Below are positions 28,901-40,900 of a stretch of DNA of 64,000 nucleotides, piece after piece. A program made the translations under genes and the position numbers. Under the pieces are notes generated by a model that made no database searches, had not been told where the DNA came from, and was given only the letters and a program-made list of their open reading frames with translations. This DNA is from Phallusia mammillata (lineage: Eukaryota), in assembly GCA_965637545.1 (NCBI GenBank), contig OZ281496.1:24986001-25050000 (forward strand). Direction: 5' to 3'. Each line of letters opens with the position of its first letter. Position 1 is the first letter of the stretch.

Positions 28901-31900
28901 TTGGAGTCACAAATTTGGATGAGTTTTAGAGTAAAGGTATGCTTGGGTAAACCAGGTGCAGTCACCTTCACTTCAACACTCTTGTTCAAAGTTTTCTTGA
29001 AAGGAAAAGTAAATGAGGCAGTTGGAGTAGAACTGTTCGAAATGATCATTGAACCAGTCTGCAATGCTGAAAAAGAATAGAGAAGTAAAGAGTCGATCAA
29101 ATTCTTTACACATATCTACTGAATTAAAGGCCTTACTTTGGGGCAGACTTGGTTTTGTGGCAGTGATATTTTTGTTAGCAAGTGCTTTGGGTTCTGAAAC
29201 AAAACATAAACTTGAAATTTGATTTTGAGTGTTTGCCATGTTAATTGTGAATAAACTTTAATAAACAAGATTACACTATTTGACACACACAACAATTTTT
29301 CAATTTCAAGAACATCAATACATTACCCGAGAAAACTTCATAGTGCAATGAGAATGATTGGTTCCACCCTGATGGCAAATCAGTTCGTTTCACTTGCACA
29401 GTGAAATTGGAGTCACAAATTTTAGTGACTTTCAAAGTAAAGGCATGTTTGGGTAGACCAGGTGCAGTCACCATCACTTCAACACTCTTGTTCAAAGTTT
29501 TATTGAAAGGAAAGGTAAATGAGGCAGTTGGAGTAGAACTGCTCGGAATGGTCATGGAACCATTCTGCAAAGCTGAAAAGCAATAGAGAAGTGAGGAGTC
29601 AATCAGATTTTTCACACAAAACCACTGGAGTTATAGCCTTACTTTGGGGCACACTTGGTGTAGTGGTAGGGATAGTTTTGTTTGCAAGGGCTTTGGGTTC
29701 TGAAACAAAACACAAACTTGAAATTTGAATAAATTTGCAAAGTGGATTCAATAGTTTGGAAAATTGACCTGAATACATTTTCCAATATAAAGTTGCACTT
29801 TGGTTCTGGGAAACTGGTGCATTTGAACCTGAAATTGTCACATCGAATCCCCAGTCACAAATTTTTACAACATTAACACTGTAGGTTGATGCTCCACTCA
29901 ACCAGACTCGAACTTGAATGCTCGAGTTCACGCATGACTGGAATGGAACTTTCAGGATCAATGGCACAGAAGATATTGGAGGAATTATCATCTTTCCTTC
30001 TTGAAGAACTAAAAACATTTTCGTAATTTAGTACAGATATTGTCCAAGCAAGTTCAAAAATAAATCATACAACCATTTTGGCAATAAAACACAAGTATTA
30101 AACACTCTTACTTTGAGGAGCATTTGATTGTGGTTTGATGGCTGTTTTGTTTGCAAGTTCTGGCTGCACTGCAATATAAAAAACAAACCAGCTTGACACA
30201 TACAATTAAAAATATAAAGTTTGTCGCTTTGACAGTTAAAACACCTTTTAACAAAGCAACATAAAAATGAAATCAAAATAAATATGAAAAATACCTGATA
30301 AAACCTTATACTGCAATGGGAATGATTGATTCCATCCCAATGGCAGATCAATTCGTTTCACTTCCACAGTGAAATTGGAGTCACAAACATTAGTGATTTT
30401 CAAAGCAATCCTGTGATTTGGGAGACCAACTGCTGTTACCCACACTTCAACATTCTTGCTCAAAGTGTTATTAAATGGATATGTGAGTGAGGCAGTTGGA
30501 CTAGAACTGATAGGAACAACTACATCACCCTTTTGTAACACTGAAGAAAACAAACACCAGCATTATTTATATATATTACACCTATTTCATTTCTGTCAGA
30601 ATTTTACCTTGTGGTAGGCCTGCAGTTGGACCTAAAAAAGATATATATTTCATTACTCAAGTATGTTTGAAGTGTAATTGCAAGAACCAGTTGAACCAAA
30701 TACATTAGCTTACTTGCATCACTCCATCTAAATGCTTTCCAGTAAATCAGGCCATTTTCCTGCCAACCAACTGCTTTGTCCATTCTTGTGATGGACACAT
30801 TAAAACCAAGATCAGAAGTAGATGTAACCTTGACCACAAATGTTCCATTTTGAGCTAGGAATGTCACTTCAACTTTGGCTGTCTGTTTGATGCACGAGTT
30901 GAAAGGAACAAACACATTCAACACCTGGGTACTGCTTGCACCTACTCCATGGGTTCCACTTTGTATAACTGAAATTTTGAAAGATGTTCATAACTTTTGC
31001 AATCACGCATTAATTAAACAACAATATCACTGCTTGTCCAATTACAGATGACAGTAAAAATCAACTCACCCTTTGATACAGAAGCATTTTTTGTCAAAGC
31101 AACAGATTCTGTAAAAACAAGAAATTAAAATTAAATTGTTTTAGATCACAAAAATATAGCCTTGAGTAAAGATTTTCGTGTTTCTCACTATTACCTGAGA
31201 AAACTTTATACTGCAATGGAAATGATTGGTTCCAACCTGATGGCATATCAGTCCGTTTTACTTGTACTGTAAAATGTGAGTCACAAACTTTGGTAATTTT
31301 CAAACTAAAGGTATGTTTTGGAAGACGAACAGATGACACCACCACTTCGACATTCTTGTTTAAAGTTGTATTAAATGGAAAGGTGAAAAAGGCAGTTGGA
31401 GTAGAACTGCTTGGAATAACTACATCACCAGTTTGCAATGCTAAAACATAAAAATAAGAGTGACAACTGTATAACTGCATGTTTGTTTCACAATGTTTAT
31501 GGTTATGAAAAAAGTTATCCCCAGTAATCATCTAAACTTACGATCTGTAATACTTTGGAATGCAAAAGAACCTCCCCAACTGGCAAAAGATTTGCTTGTT
31601 ACATTGTTTTGGGTGCTCCCAGTGTATGTAGACTGCCCCTGGTATTTGAAAACAGTGACAATGCCACCAGAATCTAAATAAATAATATTTTTTTGTTAAT
31701 ACCTGCATTAATTCACTTGCCAGAGCTTTTAGATTATTTTAGGCAAACTAAACTAGTTTCAGTCAAGTGAAGTTAGAAAACACAATAACTTTTATGGCAG
31801 TGATGTTTGTGTTTTTACAGGACAATATCATTTTTGATTCACTCAGTTGTGAATGTTTAGTATTTAATATGATATACCTGTTATACGTCCATTATGAATT

Positions 31901-34900
31901 GCTGCAGCACAAATATAAGAATCATCAGTGTACATTCCTGTTCCCCATAACCGTGAAGATGTTGCCTGACAACCGGCTGGACAAGCAAGTGCTACAGAAG
32001 TTCGTCCAGTGAAGTTAAGCTGCCTGGATTGTTTATTGCATGAATCTAAGTAGAAATAAGACAAAGATTTCTTGCATCTGTTCAAATTAAGTAATGTTGC
32101 TTTCCGTATATAATTAAAACAACATAGCATGCACTAAGCTGTGATGTTTGCACATGAACTAGATTTGAAACAAAATGTAAACAAAAATGCTTACATGTAG
32201 GTATGGCTGGCTTTACCAATTCAGGAGGATCTAAAAGCAAATCAATGAAATTGCTAAGTGCAAGATATTTTATCACCTTTTGACACCTTTTGAAAAAGCA
32301 AAATTAAAAATTAAATGAAAATTAAAGTGAAAAATACCTGATAAAACCTTATACTGCAATGGGAATGATTGATTCCATCCCAATGGCAGATCAATTCGTT
32401 TCACTTCCACAGTGAAATTGGAGTCACAAACATTAGTGATTTTCAAAGTAAATGTATGCATTGGGAGACCAACTGCTGTTACCCACACTTCAACATTCTT
32501 GCTCAAAGTTGTGTTGAATGGAAAGGTGAAAAGGGCAGTTGGAGCAGAACTGCTTGAAACAACTACATCACCAGTTTGCAATGCTAAAACATAAAAATAA
32601 GAGTGACAACTGCGTAACTGCATGTTTGTTTTACAACTTTTATGGTTATAAAAAAAGTTGTCCCCAGTAATCATCTAAACTAGGGGTGTGCAACCCGCAG
32701 CCCGCGGGCCACAATCCGGCCCACCAAGCTGTTTAGTGTGACCCTCACTCTGATTCAGAGCAAGTAAAAATGCACATTTTAGCAAAAAATCCCTGCTTTA
32801 GTTTTCGGTAAATCTATAAAGTTGCTATACGTAATAAGAATAAGCTAAACCAGCACATGGAAATTACAATTTTATTTAGCCAGACCTATGGTCTTCTATT
32901 CGTACTACAAGGTGCTTGTTGTGTAACTTCGAACGATCAAATGTGACATAATAACCCTCTTTGCCTTGTAAACAATTACTTTGTTGTGAAAGCCAGTGTT
33001 GCCACAAAACTTACTTGCACCTAACATTTTAAAGTTGATTTGGCAAGCTTGGTGTTGACTTTTGAATTTTTTCTTACGTTGTATATTTACTACAGCAGAC
33101 TAAAGGTAAAGTGACTATTCATTTAATAATTAAAGTTATAACAATAAATATATAACATATGTTGTGACTTATTTTAAATGGTACTTACATGGGCGAAAAT
33201 ATCTGAAATTTATTCTTAGACCCAGCAGTTGACAATACAACACAACCAGCTTACCATAAGTAGTAATAACTTGTGTAACAATCAGTTGTAGTCACACAAA
33301 TAGCTCTACCCAGTAAAGTGTTTATTGGCATGTAAAGCCAACACGAAAGAGTATTTTAAATGCAAAATTATCTGCATATCTGCATGATACTATAATGCAA
33401 GCCGCACCAGCAGTAGGGTAAAAAGGCATAAACAAATACAGTACATGAAACAAATTGTGTGGCCCTCGCTTGATGTCCGAAATTGGTTATATGGCCCACC
33501 GACGAAAAAGGTTGCACACCCCTGATCTAAACTTACGATCTGTAATACTTTGGAATGCAAAAGAACCTCCCCAACCGGCATAGGATTTGCTTGTTACATT
33601 GTTTTTGGTGCTCCCTGTGTATGTAGACTGTCCCTTGTATTTGAAAACAGTGACAATGCCACCAGAATCTGAACAAATAACAAAGTCTTTGGTAATACCT
33701 GCAGTAATCGCTTGCCAGAGCTTTTAGACTATTATAGACAAACTTAACCAGTTTCAGTCAAGTGAAGTTAGAAGCTTTTATGTCAGAAACGTTTTTTTTT
33801 TGTGCAGGCTTTCACTCATAGCGTCTTATGTAAATGTTCAGTATTTAATATGATATACCTGTTATACGTCCATCATGAATTGCTGCAGCACAAATATAAG
33901 AATCATCAGTGTACATTCCTGTTCCCCATAACCGTGAAGATGTTGCCTGACAACCGGCTGGACAAACAAGTGTTACAGAAGCTCGTCCAGTAAAGTTAAG
34001 CTGTCTGGATTTATTATTGCATGAATCTAAATAGAAAAAAAACAAAGCTTTGATATATTAAACTAGAAGGGTGGCTTAGCACATAGTGCCGTTGCACATA
34101 CACTGTGACCTATTTCTTAACATATATTTACATCCGACATTTATTTTATATTGGATCCCATATCATCCACTGTATTTTATAACCTTAGTTGTTTCTGCAA
34201 GCAGAAACTCATGGGTCCCCACACATGCAAAGTTGTAAATAATGCATTTCAAGAGATAACAATGAGAAGGGTTGGCATTGTAACGTCAAACACAGTGATC
34301 GGTACTGTGCATAAATAAATATGTTACATGGAGTACAAACTATTTAAGTTCATTCCATTCATACATTTATTAAGGTTTTTCTATTTTATGACCATCTGAG
34401 AAAAAAGTGTTAAGTAGTGAGAAAATAGGCCAAAACAAAACAATCAGCTCCTATTAATGGTTAATTGCATTTGACTGTAGGGGCCTAGTGGAGTAAATGA
34501 TAGGTACTACTGAGTTTAACAGGACAACCAACACCTACAAATGGTACACTCTACAAACTGTCCAAATATAATTTAATTCATACATTGTTTAAAAAATTGA
34601 ACAATTTTGGGGGGCTAGTGGGGTGTTGGGGCAACAGGGTTAAACACAACATTCTACACCTATAAATGACAAATTCTGCAAGCTTTTCAAATTTCACTAA
34701 ATTCCGACACCGTTTAAAAAACTCACCCATTTTAGGGGGTCAGTGGGGGTAACCAATGGGGTTTTGATACCCAAAAGTATAAAATATGCAACCAGGATGA
34801 CCCAATTAACAGTCATGTAAAATTTCATCCAATAATGTTTAAAATTCTGACCACTAGAGGTGTTATTAGCAACATTCCTCAATGCTTCTGACGTCAAAAG

Positions 34901-37900
34901 GCTGTTAAGACCCCTCTGACTGGCATGTGCGAAAACGTCCAACAAGTAATGCACAAATACAAGTACCATATGTACTGGGGCCTTTATTACACCATTACAC
35001 CACAGAAATCTTTTGTTTGTGCCAACATACAAAAACGTTTTACACTTGGGGTCTAGCAGGGTAAATATTGGGGTTATCAAGTCAAACAAAGCAAATAGCA
35101 CATCTGCATAACTATATCTACCATCTGTAAAAGTTTCAGCCGAATTCACTAAATATTTCATGCCAGAAGTGCATGGACAAACTTCATCGGAGAAAAAAAA
35201 GGGGACCCATAATTCCTCCACTTATTTCATATTGGGTCCCATATTAGTCACCGTCTTTTATAACCGTAGTTGTTTCTGCAGGCAGAAACGCATGGGTCCC
35301 CACACATTTGCAAATAATGCAATTAAAGAGATAACCATAAGAAAATTTGGTGTTGTATAGCAAAACACTTAGATCAGTACTTGGCTTATATAATCATGCA
35401 ATACAAATTGGATTCAAATCAGACATTGTTTAAAGCAGGGGTGTGCAACCTGCGGCCCGCGGGCCAAATGCGGCCCTTGATTAAAGGTTGTGCGGCCCGC
35501 AGTGACGCTTGGATTTCAAATGCACTGGCAAACGAGTTTAACTACTATATATTTTTGAGCAGATTGATGCGCCCGGTGCTATTTTTTGTGACCTGACAAA
35601 ATGTGACTAGAATCAAATGCGAATTTACTTGTAGTTAAGCATATTTGGTAGTCAACAAAGGGAAATCACCTTGTGTTATACACAGGTGCGGCCCGCGATC
35701 AAATTTTGACAACTATATTTGGCCCCACAGTAACAAAGGTTGCACACCCCTGGTTTAAAGTTTTCCTATTTAAAACAATTAATGTTCTATTTTAAAACAA
35801 AGAAGTAAAACACAAAAATCGACACCTATAAATGGCACGTTTTACAAGCTAACCAAAATTCTTACAACTGCAGCCCTGTTTAAAAAACTCCCATCACCCA
35901 TTTTAGGGCGTTAGTGGGGTAAATATTGGGGCTACAGGGTTTAACACAACAATCAGCTTCTCGAAATGGCATTGGCTACAAGCTATCCAAATTTCACCGA
36001 TTCAGACACTGTTTGAAAAAAATCAACCACTTTAGGGGGCTAGTGGGGTAAATATTGGGGCTACAGGGTTTAACAGAAACAATTGACACCTATATATGCC
36101 ATATTCTACAAACTATCCTAATTTCAGCCAATTCCGATACCGTTTAAAAACTCACCCATTTTAGGGGGCTAGTGGGGTAAATGTTGGAGCTGCAAGATCA
36201 AACACAACAATCATCATTTGTAAATGGTAAACTCTACAAGCTATCCAAATGTCAGTCAATTCTGGCCCTGTTTAAATAAATAACCCATTTTAGGGGGCTA
36301 GTGGGGTAATTAATGGGGTTCTGCACCCTAATGTTAAAAATAAGAAACCGCAATGACCCAATCAAAAATTCTGTAAAATTTCGTCCAAATCAGCCAATGT
36401 TTAAAACTGTGACCACCAGGAGGAGTTTTAATCAACAACCATAATGACCTTGTGACGTCATAAGGCTATGAACAACCCCCTAACTGCAATCTGCAAACAC
36501 ATTCATAGCCCAGCCCAGAAACACAAGTAACATATGAGGTTGGCTTTATAACACCACATAAAACTAACGTTTGTGGTCCGCTGCAACAACATGTAACGTT
36601 TTGGGGGCTAGCGTGGTAAATGCTGGGGTTATCGGGGCAAATGAAGCAGATGGCACATCTACATAACTATATCTACCATCTGTAAAAGTTTCATCCAAAT
36701 CCATCAAACATTTGATGACAAAAGAGGGTGGACAAACCGCAGGGAAGAAAAAAAAAGAAATCGAGTAAAATCAAAATGTGTCCACTTCAGGGAAGGGGAC
36801 CCATAATTACAAAGAAACACTCCTCTTGGTATATAGCTGAAAAACTATGGCATGCACCAAAGCAGTGTTGTTTGGACATGCACTGCATTAAGACATTGTA
36901 AACAAAAAAGCTTACATGTAGGTATGGCTAGCTTGGCCAATTCAGGAGGATCTGAAACAAATTAATCAAATTGTAAATTGCAAGAAATTTTATCAAATTA
37001 ACATATTGATCACAAATAATGGACAACAGAATTATATATTTTCTAAACATGTAACTTGATTACCTGCAAAAATTCTCCAGTATAGTGTCGTCGGAGGGCT
37101 CAGCCCCACAGAAGCATTTTGACCTAAGATTCTCACAACAAATCCCCAGTCACAAATTTTGACAACATGGGGTGTACAAGCCGTTGGTCCGACACACCAA
37201 ACTTTAAGTCCAGTGCTGGAGTTTACACAGGATTGAAAAGCAACTTTTAATTGATTTCCATAAGTAAAGCCGGGTGGGACTAGCATCCATCCCAGCTGTA
37301 AAGCTGCAAAACATTTTTGGTTTATTATTTATTTATTTTTTGAGACGCAAAATTTTTGTTAAAACAAATATATATATGCAACATGTTAAAAGCAAGAAGT
37401 CGAACCAGAACTAAAATGAACTGACAAACCCATGAACCCATTTGTGTGTTTTATTTCATTAAACCTGAACTGAACCATAATTTACAATTAATCCTAAACC
37501 ATACTTGAACCGCAAATTTTGTTTGGTGCTGAACCGAAACAGAACCAGCAAGAAAAACCTACTGAAGAATACATGAATTATTATCAGCTATGGGGCAGGT
37601 AAAAATAACAAATAAAAGGTTGTGCACTGTGCACAGTCAAAATTGATACAGAATTTGATAGGCTGTGTAGATAAAGGTAGAATTAAATCAAGAGGATTTT
37701 AACCACTTCCAAACTCGAAAATATATGTCCTTTTAAACCTTAACCGAACCTGAAGTTTGACTCCGTGGTTGAAAGGTTAGGAAAATGTAAATTCAAGTCA
37801 AGTGTGTACAATTTATATCAGTTCATAGATTCTGGAATTATTTTATTATCTAATGGACTTTCATTTTACATGTGTTTTGATTGATAGTGTATAGCACATA

Positions 37901-40900
37901 CAACTGTCCTTACATGGTAATATCCGACTTGAGGTGGTAGTGAGATCAGTCGGTACTGCAACAACAATTAAAATACTTTATTTACTGTTGTTTAGTTATT
38001 TTCAACAACCATTAACTATGGAAACTGCACTTGTACAAAAACTAGCACTAACACAGGCACAAAGTAAACTTATGTTGTTTAAACCAATTTCAGGAGTCAG
38101 AAAAAGAATATATCAGGTACTGCACAAAATGTCTTTTTTGTAAATCTCGATTATGGCAAATGAAACTCTCAAAGTGATAAAAGTATTCTATAGTAAAACA
38201 TCAAGCTTGAAACCACCTGAAGTAATCACAGTTTGAGAAGATCTGCTTATTAGACCAAGTCAGCATTCAACAAGTTTAAAGTAACAGCACACTTAATTTA
38301 TTTTCATAATTCAAACATAATTTAGCACACAAAAATTGTTGTCTATAAAGTCCAGAACTTTTTTGGGTGAGATTGTCAGGCACCTGACCAGTGAAGTTAA
38401 ACCACTTGAAACTATATGAACAAACCATTTATACAAAGCTAAAGTTTGGGAATTTACCACAATACAACCAAAAACTTAACGTTTCTTACCAGTTGAGTTG
38501 ATGTTTTGTAGAGCCAATGGTTCTGGAGATACATGATTTTCGTTAGCAACTGACTAACACAGTACATGGCAGAGTGTAGCTAATTGTATTGTGCAATAAA
38601 ATAGAGATGTGCTAGTCATAAGGTGGCTAACACAGACTGTAATCTACAGCTTAGTGTGTTTAATGCCAGATGTAAATTTTATCACTGACATACAAACCTG
38701 GCAGAGTTTTCCATTGTAAATCAAGAGACTGGTTCCAACCAATTGCCAAATCATTCCGCTTAATAGCAATTGTAAAACCAGAATCACAAATTTTAAGAAT
38801 CCGTGTGGAATACTGGTAATCTGCAGTTCCAGCCAAATAGGTGTGAACAACGTTGCTTGAATTTAAAGACTTATTGAATGGGACTGTAATGGTAGTTGTT
38901 GGGTATAAGCTTGCTGGGACAACACTTAATCCATCTTGTAATGCTATAACAAAACAGAAACATCATTTTCGCACATAGATACTTTGACTTCCCACAAATA
39001 TGATGTTTGGTTGCTGTGTTATATTAATCAATTTATGGTATTTTCGAAGGCAAAGCAGGAAAGGTCCACATTTGTTTTTTGTTTAATAATTAAACTGTTC
39101 TCACATAATTATTGAAATTAGAACCAAAAGTGGTTACAATAAATCTCATTCCGCAATTACTTTGTGGCGCCATTCGCCACCCACATTTAAAAAATGCGGC
39201 CGATGTGCGTCAACTGTTGAAGCGGAACGAAAACAAACAAATCGAATATCTAAATCTGACTTCTTTGTTTTGGTCGTGTCCGATTACAGGAAGTTTTCTA
39301 GCAAACACGTATCCATGCTTAAGTCCGAACCAAGACTACATGCCGTTTTGATGCCCCCAAAGAAATTCTTGCTGTGGTTCTTTTCAAGTTGGATAAAGAG
39401 GTGGGTTCGTGAATGCGCTTTTTTACCAAAAAAATTATGGATACATATATTGTTGGTGAAACAAAATGGCCGACGTCCAATAACTTTTTAGTGCAATTAT
39501 TTGAGCAGTTTTATTGTGCGATTGATTTTTTGTCTTTCACTGCGACATGTAGTTATTAACAAATACTTTTATAGTGGACAAAAAGGCCCGCGTGCCCGCG
39601 TTTGTGAAAATATCGTGTGCACATTCTAAAGTAGCGTATTGGGGCCAATCTAGGCAGCCCTTTGTCCAGTAAGTTTTTTTATGTGTGTTGAAAGTATACA
39701 GGGCTATTTCGAAATACTAATAAAACTTCCTAATTAACCATATCAATATGCTGACGGCACGGTAACGGCCATAGGCGCCGAGTTTTACAAAAATGCAAGG
39801 TGGCGGACGTAAAATATGACGTCATTTCATGTGACGTCACTAATGCGCGCAAGAGCTCAAACTCAAAGCTCAACAAACTTCCAATAGAATGCAAAGTTCG
39901 TCAAAATCATAACAAAAGAGAATTTTTGAAATAATATTTGCGTAGAACACTTTGTTGTAACGTTTTTCATTCGTTTGGCAATGTTCAAAAGATGTTTGGC
40001 CAAGTTGTTGTTGCTTTGTATCACCCAAAATGACCATTTAATACAGTACAATCGCAAAACATTCCATTCACTAGCAAACAATTGTGTGTTTTACGTCATA
40101 AACAACAACTTTTGACGCTTTTATTTGTTGTTATATCGCCAGCACACTTGTTTAAAAGCAAAACCGTTCCTGATTTTCTTCAGATTATACGATGTTTCGT
40201 ACGATACCGCTACCAATAACCCAAATTTTCCACAGTGGCCGCCACCGTGCTTTACAAACCCAAGGTGGCGGCGCCACCCCGCCACCACCTACTTGGCGCC
40301 TATGGTAACGGCTATTAGGTTTGGGATAAAAGTTTCTGCACACAATAACATTATAATTCAATTTCAAATACCCTATTACATGTAAGTTCCGACAAATCAC
40401 TTAGTCGTTCACCCTTTGGTTTTAAAGATATATATATTTCGCTATTACAGCATCGTCAGTATCTACGAACTGCTTGTTCGTAGATACTGACGATGCTGTA
40501 ATAGCGAAATATATATATCTTTAAAACCAAAGGGTGAACGACTAAGTGATTTGTCGGAACTTACATCTATTGTTATAAGGATTTTTAGTCTTCACTCACC
40601 AAGCAACGGACTGGGTGATTCGAGCTTTAAGTTTCAATTACGAGTATTGACCCTATTACATGGTTCCAATAGTAGATTGCGTATTTTATTGAGCCCGTAT
40701 TGCATCGCCTTAGCGCTATTTGGCGCGTGTCATGATGAAAATATATTTATTCTGTGGTTCGTATTATATAATGTAACTTTAGCTAAGAAAATTCAGTGTA
40801 AAAAACCACTAAATCTGTCGCTATATTTTATTTGTTTTATCGAAACACTGATGATGCTTTTATAGCGAAATGCATTTGTTTTGATAAAACAAATAAAATA

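Noticed and set aside
215-29586. Recurrent plus-strand ORFs (MKLESQ...KVCLGRPGAVT...)
   Set aside because: They are antisense shadows of the minus-strand domain exons. Most start at GTG or TTG, their ends vary, and they have no splice-site support.
16009-30351. Alternative-frame minus ORFs (MICHWDGINHSH..., MSYRTCSFDKK..., MANTQNQISS...)
   Set aside because: They are off-frame or intron-spanning reads that recur only because the DNA is repeated.
1-31110. Array interpreted as non-coding satellite, CRISPR array, or many separate small genes
   Set aside because: There are no unique spacers. Units have conserved splice sites, in-frame exon lengths and no individual start or signal sequences. 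The ORF-track starts and tails are intron read-through.
37400-37760. Scattered gaacc/gaaccgaa motifs
   Set aside because: Possibly a decayed MITE, but I could not identify TIRs or a TSD.
39112-40400. Short ORFs in intron 1 of the giant gene
   Set aside because: No recognisable motifs or consistent splice signals. Probably transposon debris that I cannot classify.
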